DNA from: Ferruginibacter sp.
Lineage (GTDB): Bacteria > Bacteroidota > Bacteroidia > Chitinophagales > Chitinophagaceae
Direction: 5' to 3'
DNA length: 64,000 nucleotides
NCBI GenBank assembly: GCA_039922055.1
Contig: JBDSAP010000065.1
Span: 360 to 64,359, forward strand
Positions 1-8,771 of the stretch are shown piece after piece. The notes below the pieces were generated by a model, which saw only the letters and a program-made list of their open reading frames with translations, ran no database searches and had not been told where the DNA came from. Within the stretch, counting starts at the first letter, position 1. Each line of letters starts with the position of its first letter. The position numbers and the translations under genes are program-made.

Positions 1-100
1 AGATGCCATACTCTCCTGTTTCACTACTAAATGCCGTTTTAGTTTGTGCAAAGCCATGCATGTTTATAACAACAAATAATAAGAGTAAATACTTTTTCAT
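1..100 (-). CDS. exported protein of unknown function, 5' fragment (continues beyond left edge)
   Basis: A minus-strand ATG at 98-100 opens MKKYLLLLFVVINMHGFAQTKTAFSSETGEYGI..., which looks like a signal peptide. The frame stays open to base 1. It is too short to appear in the ORF track. Confidence 0.35.
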   Translation of the reverse strand, partial: MKKYLLLLFVVINMHGFAQTKTAFSSETGEYGI

Positions 101-183
101 GTTTGGAAAATTAGATCGTGCCAGAATATTTAGTGTTAGATTCATTTCAAAAAACAGGCTTGCTTTTCTCGTGATTAAGCTTT

Positions 184-3100
184 TTATCTAACCAATATCA
201 TTGTACTATATTTTTTGATATTCACGCCATCAAGATCTTTAAAAGTAATCAGGTAAACGTATGCGGCCGGAGCTTGTGGTACAGACTTAAATGTTCCATC
301 CCATCCTTTCAACCGCTCCCGTGTTTCAAATAACAATCGCCCCCAACGATTCCATATTTGCATGTGATAATTATTTACAGGAACGGGAATCAACGGTTTA
401 AACTCATCATTCTTGCCATCCCCATTAGGTGTAAAAGCATTTGGTATTTGGATGGTAATACAGTTGTCATAAAAAAATACTTTCATGGAATCTATACCGA
501 CACAACCGTAAGCGTCGGTTACCTGTACATTATAAGTGCCAGCATTCGTAATGCCTATGTGATCATCGGTACTTCCTGTACTCCACATATAATTAATGTA
601 CCCCGGAAGTTTTACCTGCAAAATATTTCCTTTGCAAAGGCTGCTGTCGGCAATTAAAAAATTAGCAGGCAATGGATATATTTCGGTCAGTCTCATTGCT
701 TCATCATTCTTACAACCAAACGTATCTGTAACCGTTACCGAATAATCGCCGATAAGGTTGGTTGTAAATTTTGGTTGCGTACTGCCATCCTGCCAGAGGT
801 ATGTTGTAAAATTTCCCGGATCAAGTATAAGCACATCGCCAATGCAAACACCACGATCTTGTCCCAGGTCAGGAGTCGGTAATGGATGAACGATGAGGTT
901 GGTTGTAACGATCGAATCGCAATCTAAATAAGTAGATAAGGTATCTACATAAATGCCCGTGGTAGTTTGCAAATGCCCACCGGCTAAATAAGTTTCACCA
1001 TCACAGATAGCAGTATCAACAACGGTAAATTTGTTTGGATGCACAGTTAATTTCAACGTCCTGGTACTATCACAGCCATTCACAGGCGTATATACATCCA
1101 CATAAGTGCCGGTGGTTGTATGCCCCGCATAGTTGAACCCATCACATATTGTGGCAGCTACGTTTGTACTGAACACGGGCTTTACCATAAGATGCAAAGT
1201 CCGGGTGCTATCACAGCCATAAATGTCATTATACACATCTTTGTAAGTGCCCGATTTAGTATGCCCGGCATAATTCTCACCCTGGCAAATCGATGTAGCA
1301 ATCGTTGCGAATTGCAATGGATGTACAGTAAGATTTAAAGTTCTCGTGCTATCACATCCATTAGCAGCAGTATAAACATCCACAAAAGTCCCGGTGCTTG
1401 TATGACCGGCATAATTTTGCCCCTCACATATTTCAGTTGTCACCACCGTTTTATTGATCTGCGAACTTTGGATATTATTTAAATAATTCTTTTCTGGCAA
1501 AGAGCCATTCGGCAATAGCACAGGAATCGCAGACCCGTTGTCGTTAAATACTAAAAATATCTTATTAAGATTTTGGTATGGGACATTGAGCGTATGTGTA
1601 AAACAAAAAGCACAGTTACCGCCAGGCACATCAATAGGAAGATAAAATGTTGGTGAGAGCTTGTGAGCGCCTGGTTGCAGAGGGTCTGCATCATAAAAAT
1701 TTATAGGCGTATTCTTGGGCAGCGCTGCGAACCCATAATCGGCAATACAAAAATTTACTCTCACATTTGTCTGCTGAAAACAGGCGATCGTGATATTATA
1801 TGGCGCTCCATCCGGAGTAGGATCTAACACCGGAACCATGTACATTTCTGTTGTATCTGAGCAGCCACCATTGGTTGCAACAAGCCTTATGGAATAATTG
1901 GCCGGAGTGGGGAACACGTAGGTTAAATTGACGGCAGTACTTACCACCTGTTCCGCCATCCCCTGGTCATTACTGATGAGCCACTGGTAAGATTGAGCGT
2001 TGTAAGAATTGTTGGCAAAAATGATACTATCACTATAAACATTGAACTTTGAAAAAATTGCTTTTTTGTCTGTAAAAAACCTGGCCGTCACTCCGCAGTT
2101 TACAAGAACATAGTCTGTGTAGGAAGCAAAACAGCCCACTGTATTAAATGCTTTTAATGTTACTTTATTTTTTCCTACGCTATTGAAAGTGTAAACAAAA
2201 TTGGCGGTTGTTGCCCGTACCGTATCATTCACCAACCATTCATAATTGGTGACACCGGTAGTAGTGTTTGTAAAAGAAATAACATCTCCCGGAACAGGGT
2301 ATGCTACATTCCGTGTGAATCCTGCCGTAATGTTTTGAATACAAGGCTGGGTGCATTCATCCTGCAATAAACCACTGCGCTGTGTATTGATTGCTGCATG
2401 CATCCTGTCTGCCTGGCCTTGTGTAAATTGATTACTACAAGCCGGATTACCGTAGTCCATAAAGTTAGTTACCTGGTCAGGCACGTCTGTAAAAAAGTTT
2501 CCGTTGGAATAGTTAGACAGTGTATCTGTAAAGCAGCTATTTTGAGGATTGCCGCAGGAAGGTGAAGGACTCACACTTCCATCAGGAGGCGTATCGCAAA
2601 CCCGGTCGCCCTGAGTTAAACAATCTGTGTTGGAACAGCCGCCATCGAAGGTGTGATACAATCCTAAGTAGTGCCCCATTTCGTGCGCCAGTACGGCGCC
2701 AAAACCTGTTACCACAATACCGTCTAATGAACTACCATTGGGTGGCAAGGTAGCATAACCGCCAACGCCCAAACGGTACCAAACACCGCAGCTAAAATTA
2801 GCATACGATTCACCCCGGATATTAGTGATCAGCCAGATATTTATATACCTCGACGGGTCCCATTGAACCAGGTTCTTTAGCCTGGCATCCTCTATGTCTA
2901 AATTAAAATCATTAGAAAAATAAGAGGTTGTTCGTGTAATGCCAGTTGTGTTCCCGCCATCCGGATCTTTCTTTGCCAAACAAAACCTGATCTTCGTATC
3001 CACACCGGCACTGCCCGCATAATTACCTGTTTTGCCGAAGGCATCATTCAGATCATTTATGCCACTTATTACCTGCGGATCGGTAATGCTGTTTGGCGCC

Positions 3101-3372
3101 TGGTTGATGATGTGCACCACTACCGGAAGCGTGACAATATTTACATTTAAAGTGCGAAATGCATTTAGTATGACTCTGTTCATTTCGTCTTCCTTCGCTT
3201 TATATGCCGGATTTTTCCTGAGGTTATACAGTATTATATCGTTGCTGCAAACATTTTTCGCATTGGTGGAAAAAGATGAGGATGCATTTGAGAGTGGCGG
3301 CGGAAGAGGTTGCTGCGCCATGGATACAATGAAAAAAGAGAAAAAAAGTATTGCTAAAAGAATCCTGCGCAT
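184..3372 (-). CDS. secreted M43-type (pappalysin/cytophagalysin-like) zinc metalloprotease with Ig/PKD-like modules, Cys-repeat modules and T9SS type-B C-terminal sorting domain
   Basis: Track ORF is 184-3420. The likely start is M17 at 3372 (MRRILLAILFFSFFIVSMAQQ signal peptide). The zinc site HEMGHYLGLYHTF is followed by a Cys-rich region. The C-terminus (...IQIPNAFTPNGDGKNDEFKP...) matches the gliding-motility/T9SS type-B CTD. Confidence 0.85.
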   Translation of the reverse strand: MRRILLAILFFSFFIVSMAQQPLPPPLSNASSSFSTNAKNVCSNDIILYNLRKNPAYKAKEDEMNRVILNAFRTLNVNIVTLPVVVHIINQAPNSITDPQVISGINDLNDAFGKTGNYAGSAGVDTKIRFCLAKKDPDGGNTTGITRTTSYFSNDFNLDIEDARLKNLVQWDPSRYINIWLITNIRGESYANFSCGVWYRLGVGGYATLPPNGSSLDGIVVTGFGAVLAHEMGHYLGLYHTFDGGCSNTDCLTQGDRVCDTPPDGSVSPSPSCGNPQNSCFTDTLSNYSNGNFFTDVPDQVTNFMDYGNPACSNQFTQGQADRMHAAINTQRSGLLQDECTQPCIQNITAGFTRNVAYPVPGDVISFTNTTTGVTNYEWLVNDTVRATTANFVYTFNSVGKNKVTLKAFNTVGCFASYTDYVLVNCGVTARFFTDKKAIFSKFNVYSDSIIFANNSYNAQSYQWLISNDQGMAEQVVSTAVNLTYVFPTPANYSIRLVATNGGCSDTTEMYMVPVLDPTPDGAPYNITIACFQQTNVRVNFCIADYGFAALPKNTPINFYDADPLQPGAHKLSPTFYLPIDVPGGNCAFCFTHTLNVPYQNLNKIFLVFNDNGSAIPVLLPNGSLPEKNYLNNIQSSQINKTVVTTEICEGQNYAGHTSTGTFVDVYTAANGCDSTRTLNLTVHPLQFATIATSICQGENYAGHTKSGTYKDVYNDIYGCDSTRTLHLMVKPVFSTNVAATICDGFNYAGHTTTGTYVDVYTPVNGCDSTRTLKLTVHPNKFTVVDTAICDGETYLAGGHLQTTTGIYVDTLSTYLDCDSIVTTNLIVHPLPTPDLGQDRGVCIGDVLILDPGNFTTYLWQDGSTQPKFTTNLIGDYSVTVTDTFGCKNDEAMRLTEIYPLPANFLIADSSLCKGNILQVKLPGYINYMWSTGSTDDHIGITNAGTYNVQVTDAYGCVGIDSMKVFFYDNCITIQIPNAFTPNGDGKNDEFKPLIPVPVNNYHMQIWNRWGRLLFETRERLKGWDGTFKSVPQAPAAYVYLITFKDLDGVNIKKYSTMILVR
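865..1440 (-). repeat. in-frame tandem coding repeat, about 141-145 bp x4 (47-aa Cys modules) inside the protease gene
   Basis: The module C-x-G-x-NYAGHT-x2-GT[FY]-x-DVY-x4-GCDSTRTL-x-L-x-V-x-P occurs 3x, plus a diverged 4th (CDGETYLAGGH...CDSIVTTNLIVHP). DNA landmarks are near 975-1012, 1120-1155, 1265-1295 and 1403-1437. Confidence 0.7.
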
Positions 3373-3463
3373 TTGGTATATCCTTTTACATCTTCTATAA
3401 ACAAAATTTATTTCACACATACCTTGTTTGTGCTGCCTCGTTGGGCAATGTCATATGTTATAA

Positions 3464-3606
3464 TAAACAAGGAATAAAATAATGAACAATTTTTTTTTGA
3501 GCCCAGCAGAAGTTTTTCAATTAAGCTTCATTGGCGTCGCACTCTTATACATTTTATCAATGAGGAGCAAAATACCAGGTCACTAATTTATCCCTTGCGC
3601 AGTATA
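3464..3606. repeat. 142-bp conserved intergenic element, copy 1 of 3
   Basis: Near-identical to 24534-24674 and 27729-27869 (TAAACAAGGRATAAAATAATGAACAATTTTTTT..GCGTCGCACTCTTATACATTTTATCAATGAGGAGC..GCAGTATA). It lies 92 nt upstream of the protease start at 3372. Confidence 0.9.
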
Positions 3607-3777
3607 AACAAAATGATGATACAAACTAATAGAACATGTTGGTAATAAGCCGCTCACTGTCATCTAAATTTTGTACTAAGATTTACATTGGCTTAGAAAC
3701 CTTAGAAGACACCGAACCGAATTTTTATCAACCTTATTACCTTCCTAACTTAATGACATTGCCCATTGGGCACAAAA

Positions 3778-4890
3778 TTACAGCTTAAAAAATATTTTCT
3801 TTCGATAAAGAAAATAGCACAACAGCCATTCAAGCGTAAATATGCAAAAGGAAGCAATAATAAATTTCAACATTTCTGATGCATGGAACCAGTTCATTAT
3901 GCCGTTAGAAATAGCAGCGATATAATCATTGAACCAGCGACTGCCGACTATTTCAAAAAACACGTAAATAAAAATTGAATTCATTCCTACAATGGTGAAA
4001 AACTTAAGGTGATCCCTGTGTCCTCTTATATCGATCCACCAATAAGAAAAAGCTAAAAACCATAAGCACCAGCCGAGTGATACAATTGTGAACGAGCTGG
4101 TTGCGAGTCTTTTAATTATTGGCGTAATGCCTGCAAGATCTAATCCATATCCAATTATTAAACATCCTAATCCCCACATAAACAACGGCTGTATCTTTTT
4201 ACTTTTTGCACTTAATAATAATTTACCGGCCAGTGCGCCAGCAATCGTATGTACAGAAGTCGGGATGCAATTGATCGCTACCCATCCATCATCATTTATT
4301 TTATTCATCAGCAGGGTATCCACGTAATTTCCAAAGTTGTGCTGGTCGGTAAATGGCTGATCAAATCCCGGAATATTGGTGTAGCGATACAAAATTTCGG
4401 TAAGCAATAACAAGCCAATACATACTACTATTTGTGACGAACTATTCCAACGAAAAATAAGAAAAGCAACAAGGGTAGTAAATGAAAGTTGTGTGAGCAC
4501 ATCCCACAATTCAAAAGATAAGCCATTCGGCCTGACAGCATAATCCAATACACCGAAGAAAAACAACCATCCGCTGCGTCTCAAAGCTTTTTTAAACGAT
4601 TGTGTCCAGGTAACGCCGTTTACCCATTGGCGCGTAAGAGAAAATGCCATAGCTGTACCGGCCATGAACATAAAGGCAGGTTGAACAAGATCCCAAAACC
4701 GTAAGCCGTTCCAGGGATGATGAACGAATTGCTGAATAAATAAATTAAAAGGCTGCCCTTTTGTATGATCATACAAATAATCGTACAAGCCGGTAGATGA
4801 CATCACCAGCAGCACCATGATAAGTCCACGCAAAAAATCAAGGGATAATAATCTTTGGGAAATAACTGGAACTTTTTCTGTTGATGACAT
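3778..4890 (-). CDS. multi-pass membrane acyltransferase-like protein (DUF1624/DUF5009, heparan-alpha-glucosaminide N-acetyltransferase-like)
   Basis: The track ORF start at 4926 is a TTG. The first ATG, at 4890, gives MSSTEKVPVISQRLLSLDFLRGLIMVLLVM, the N-terminal motif typical of this family. The remainder has about 10-11 hydrophobic helices. Confidence 0.7.
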   Translation of the reverse strand: MSSTEKVPVISQRLLSLDFLRGLIMVLLVMSSTGLYDYLYDHTKGQPFNLFIQQFVHHPWNGLRFWDLVQPAFMFMAGTAMAFSLTRQWVNGVTWTQSFKKALRRSGWLFFFGVLDYAVRPNGLSFELWDVLTQLSFTTLVAFLIFRWNSSSQIVVCIGLLLLTEILYRYTNIPGFDQPFTDQHNFGNYVDTLLMNKINDDGWVAINCIPTSVHTIAGALAGKLLLSAKSKKIQPLFMWGLGCLIIGYGLDLAGITPIIKRLATSSFTIVSLGWCLWFLAFSYWWIDIRGHRDHLKFFTIVGMNSIFIYVFFEIVGSRWFNDYIAAISNGIMNWFHASEMLKFIIASFCIFTLEWLLCYFLYRKKIFFKL

Positions 4891-4912
4891 ATTCTTTTTT
4901 GCTATGATTAAT

Positions 4913-6013
4913 TTATTGCAGTACAATTCGTTTTCCCTCCTTTGCAGACTTAGTCGCTGCTTCCAGTATCTTTACTACAACCAGGTTGTTTTCAAGAGAT
5001 GATAGATCATTCGCAGGCTTGATCTCTCCCGTTAACACTTTTGCCAAATAGGTAAGGTTATCCTTGTAGATCGCAGGCTTTACCACCGCCGTATCGTACG
5101 TGTTTTTATCTCTTTTAATTAAAGTCTTGCCATCTGTAGCATGCAGGTAACCGGTGGTCCCGAATAGTTCAAAATCCTTAATGCCAAAAGGCCAGTTCCA
5201 GGAAGCTTCTATTATACCAGTGGCCTCGGGGTATTCTAACAAAATAGTAGCTTCATCATCTACTTTAGGATACGCTGCCGGCTGAATATGTTTGGTGATA
5301 GCGGTAACAGCAATTGGCATTTTTCCATTCATCATCCACGTCATCAGGTTAGCTCCGTAACAACCAAAATCCATGACGGCGCCCCCTCCATTCATAACGG
5401 GATCTGTAAGCCAGCTAAGAAACTCCTTACTGCAACCAATTGCTTTAGGTCCCTGGTGGCCGGAATGAACGATCATCTTCCGCAGGTCACCGATCGCATG
5501 TTGCTCATGTGCAGTTTCATACACCTGCTGGTTACTGCTGTACCAGGTAGTCTCGTAATTGGTCAATACTTGTACATGATGTTGTGCCGCCAATGCAGCG
5601 ATGCGTTCTGCATCTTTTACCTTTGTTGCCAGGGGTTTCTCCACCATTACAGAAAGCCCCATTGGCGCACAGATCTCAACGACACCGAGGTGTTCGGAAG
5701 TTGCGTTGTAAGCCAGCACAACATCCGGTTTAACATGCTTCAGCAAATCAGTAAGTGATTTAAAAAAAATGGAATCGGGTAGCTCAGATTTCTTTTTATG
5801 CCGGTCTATCAATTGCTGATCTGTTTCGGCAATACCAACTATCAACACCTCTCCTCTTTTGTATTGCCCCAACAAACCATTTACATGATCATGCGTGAGG
5901 CCAGCTACCGCCACTTTTAAAATTTGCCCGTTAGAGATCATTGCTGATAACGCCAACACTGCGGCAAGAACAAGTTTGTTTGTATATTTTTTTTGAAGAA
6001 GAAAATTTTTCAT
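4913..6013 (-). CDS. exported Gfo/Idh/MocA family oxidoreductase
   Basis: Signal peptide MKNFLLQKKYTNKLVLAAVLALSAMISNGQ. N-terminal Rossmann strand KVAVAGLTHDH. The family's EKP motif is present (MVEKPLATK). Confidence 0.85.
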   Translation of the reverse strand: MKNFLLQKKYTNKLVLAAVLALSAMISNGQILKVAVAGLTHDHVNGLLGQYKRGEVLIVGIAETDQQLIDRHKKKSELPDSIFFKSLTDLLKHVKPDVVLAYNATSEHLGVVEICAPMGLSVMVEKPLATKVKDAERIAALAAQHHVQVLTNYETTWYSSNQQVYETAHEQHAIGDLRKMIVHSGHQGPKAIGCSKEFLSWLTDPVMNGGGAVMDFGCYGANLMTWMMNGKMPIAVTAITKHIQPAAYPKVDDEATILLEYPEATGIIEASWNWPFGIKDFELFGTTGYLHATDGKTLIKRDKNTYDTAVVKPAIYKDNLTYLAKVLTGEIKPANDLSSLENNLVVVKILEAATKSAKEGKRIVLQ

Positions 6014-6099
6014 TTATAGGTTAGTTTAATTGTAAGGTTAAAGAAAGTACCGACTTTGATGTAATGTATACGGAACATTTTTTTCGAACATAAATTCAC

Positions 6100-6335
6100 C
6101 CACTATACGTTCCTATGGAACGTTCTTTCCATTATCGTTTCTTCTACCCACCAAACATTCCTACGGAATGAATGTGATCAATTGCTTTTGACCGATCGAC
6201 TATTCAATTTATTTCCTTGTCGTAGGCGCTTTTTTTGTGCAATCACTTTCTTCTAAATCTCTCTTTTGTTCCGTAGGAACAATTGGTGGGTAGAAAAAAC
6301 AATTCAGTTGTATGCGTTCCGTAGGAACGCCTGGT
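6100..6335. repeat. inverted-repeat region carrying four 6-3-6 palindromes (GTTCC-NNN-GGAAC type)
   Basis: The four palindromes are CGTTCCtatGGAACG (6108-6122), CATTCCtacGGAATG (6156-6170), TGTTCCgtaGGAACA (6267-6281) and CGTTCCgtaGGAACG (6315-6329). TCTACCCACCA (6143-6153) is the inverse of TGGTGGGTAGA (6284-6294). The two halves are about 65-bp inverted copies of each other. Confidence 0.85.
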
Positions 6336-6401
6336 GCTAAAAAGATTGTTTGTAACAATGCACTTGTAGGATATTGATATTTGCTTTCATCGCAAATAAA
6401 A

Positions 6402-7268
6402 TTACTTCTTCAAATCTGCGTAACTGATCAACTGAATATTCCTGCGCCTGATTGCTTGCATCACCTCGGGACTTGTAAAAACATCTGTAACACCTTGCCT
6501 GTCTTCCGCAACATTTTCGTAACCGATATGATAGATCGCCCTCATCTCCGGGCCATCTAATGCCGGATGATCAACAAATAAATATGTCTCTCCGGGTTTT
6601 AAACTATCCAGCATATTGATAAAGCTTTTCACTTTTTCTGCGGCCGTAACATTCGGTCCTTTATAACCTATCCCTTTTACACCGATTGCTTTCAGATCAA
6701 TATCGATCTTATATTCCTTCACCAATTTTCTTACGAGATCCGAAACTGAATTATCCAGTTCAGTGCAACCCATGTGTGCAGATACATGGCTTATCCGTGG
6801 TATCTTTTTAATGGCAAGTTCAATCTGTGCCCTCAATTCTTTTTCCACTTCATCCAATTTCCACTCATGTTCTTTCAATGCTTTGCCGGTATAGTTTTTA
6901 TTTGGCCACAGCATCGGGTAAAAGTAACCACTACTATCAGTAAGACTGGGGCAATAAGTTAACGGCCGCCATTTTATTGTTTCCCATTCACTCGTCAAGG
7001 CGAGATGTACACCTACATCTGCATCCGGAATCTTCTCCAACAACTTTACCGCTTCAGGAAACCATGGCGATGGAACAAGTATTTCAATAGAACGCTCAAT
7101 TCCTTCCTTATAACACTTTACCAAAGCCTTATTACCCGCATGAGAAAAGCCCATATCATCGCCCCGTACAATCAAACGTGCTGCTTTCTCTTGTGCAGAT
7201 GCAGCCATAAAAATCATCATCAACCCAAACAGAAGAACAAGAACTTTATCTTTCATATTTCTACTCAT
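6402..7268 (-). CDS. exported ChbG/YdjC/HpnK-family carbohydrate deacetylase
   Basis: Signal peptide ...LLFGLMMIFMAASAQE. YdjC-type motifs LIVRGDDMGFSHAGN, GVHLALTSEW and HVSAHMG are present. Confidence 0.75.
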   Translation of the reverse strand: MSRNMKDKVLVLLFGLMMIFMAASAQEKAARLIVRGDDMGFSHAGNKALVKCYKEGIERSIEILVPSPWFPEAVKLLEKIPDADVGVHLALTSEWETIKWRPLTYCPSLTDSSGYFYPMLWPNKNYTGKALKEHEWKLDEVEKELRAQIELAIKKIPRISHVSAHMGCTELDNSVSDLVRKLVKEYKIDIDLKAIGVKGIGYKGPNVTAAEKVKSFINMLDSLKPGETYLFVDHPALDGPEMRAIYHIGYENVAEDRQGVTDVFTSPEVMQAIRRRNIQLISYADLKK

Positions 7269-7365
7269 TTTATAAGGTCATTTCCATCGTCAACCGAACG
7301 CCTCAACTGCAATCTTATTCTCCAAAAGTCCTTTCCTTTGGAGAGGATTTAGGTGAGGCCGCGTC

Positions 7366-8706
7366 TTACAACTTCATCTCCCAACCCTTTTCATATTCAC
7401 GCTTCCAAAGTTTCATTGCTTCTGCATCTTTTATATGGCCATTCGTTGGATCGCAGTAAAGCGTTTTACCCGTACGGTAAGCAATATTTCCCAACTGCGG
7501 CAGCAAGGTTGAAACATGACCAATTGAAATAGGACAATTCAATTTCGCTGTTCCTCTTACTGCGTTAATAAAATTCTCCAAATGTAGTCCATCCAACCGC
7601 TCACCCATACCAGTCGTGTTAGTGGGATCAACGATGGCTCCCATCGGGCTTTTCACTTCCTTGACAAGTTTGTTGTTCATGTCATAAATTTTATAATCAT
7701 CCCCACCGGGTATCACCATCGTTCCCGTTTCACCATAAAATATTGTGCCCCTTCCACTGCCTTCAGTATTATAATTATTACAACTCCTGCCTTCCCATGT
7801 AAAGGCTGTGTTGTTGGCAAATTCATAAGTACAGGTTTGTGTATCCGGGGTTTGCCAGTCATCTTTAAAATGAAAACGACCACCTGCCGAAACTACTTTC
7901 GTTGGATAATCTACACCCAACCCCCAACGCATCACATCCATCTCATGTGTGCCATTGTTCAATGCCTCCCCAGTGCCCCAGTTCCAGAACCAATGCCAGT
8001 TGTAATGCACAAGGTTATCCTGGTAAGGTTTGCGTGGCGCCGGCCCCTGCCATAGATCAAAATCAAGATTAGAAGGTGGTGCAATCAACTTGCCTGTGCC
8101 GATAGATTTCCTGTCATTGGTGTACCATCCCTTTGCAAAATAAACCCTGCCAATAACGCCTTCATGCAAAGCCTGCATAGCCTGCGTTACACCCGGAAAA
8201 GAGCGGCGCTGGCTTCCCATTTGAATCAGGCGATTGTATTGCTTTGCAGCGGCCACCAGCATTTCACCTTCTGCCGGATTATGTGAACAGGGCTTTTCCA
8301 AATACACTTCTTTACCAGCTTTTGCAGCAAGCAATGCCGCAGGCGCATGCCAGTGATCAGGCGTTGCTATTGCTACCGCATCCAAGTCCTTTTGCTCCAA
8401 CATCTTGCGCAGATCTCTAAATCCCTTTGGTTTTTTCCCCGTTTTCTTTTCGATCTCACCAATAGTTCTGTTCAGCACATTTTCATCCACGTCGCAGATA
8501 TATCCAACCTCCACATTAGCTATGCCGGCGAAAATTTTAGAAAGATATTCTCCCCGCCCGTTGGTGCCGATCATACCTATCACCACTTTTTCATTTGGAG
8601 ACCCATTAAAGGCGAACAAAGTAGAAAAGGGATTAGTGAGTGCCAAACCTGTCGTTGCCAATGCAGCCGACTTTAAAAAATTTCTGCGGTGAATTGATCT
8701 TTTCAT
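7366..8706 (-). CDS. Tat-exported Gfo/Idh/MocA family oxidoreductase
   Basis: Twin-arginine signal MKRSIHRRNFLKSAALATTGLALT. Rossmann strand VVIGMIGTNGRG. EKP motif YLEKPCSHN. Confidence 0.88.
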   Translation of the reverse strand: MKRSIHRRNFLKSAALATTGLALTNPFSTLFAFNGSPNEKVVIGMIGTNGRGEYLSKIFAGIANVEVGYICDVDENVLNRTIGEIEKKTGKKPKGFRDLRKMLEQKDLDAVAIATPDHWHAPAALLAAKAGKEVYLEKPCSHNPAEGEMLVAAAKQYNRLIQMGSQRRSFPGVTQAMQALHEGVIGRVYFAKGWYTNDRKSIGTGKLIAPPSNLDFDLWQGPAPRKPYQDNLVHYNWHWFWNWGTGEALNNGTHEMDVMRWGLGVDYPTKVVSAGGRFHFKDDWQTPDTQTCTYEFANNTAFTWEGRSCNNYNTEGSGRGTIFYGETGTMVIPGGDDYKIYDMNNKLVKEVKSPMGAIVDPTNTTGMGERLDGLHLENFINAVRGTAKLNCPISIGHVSTLLPQLGNIAYRTGKTLYCDPTNGHIKDAEAMKLWKREYEKGWEMKL

Positions 8707-8771
8707 ATTTGAGTTATTGATTTTAAACCAAGACTATTTTGAAAAATATTGATACAATTTTTTTTGTTTAT

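Noticed and set aside
3-191. 62-aa plus-strand ORF at the left edge
   Set aside because: It is antisense to a more convincing signal-peptide-encoding start (98-100, minus strand). Its sequence is low-complexity and AT-driven.
3479-3590. Small ORF inside the 142-bp element (MNNFFEPSRSFSIKL[HQ]WRRTL[IV]HFIN...)
   Set aside because: The frame is broken in copy 1 by a T7-to-T9 change. The stop positions differ (32 vs 57 codons in copies 2 and 3). Substitutions between copies are predominantly non-synonymous.
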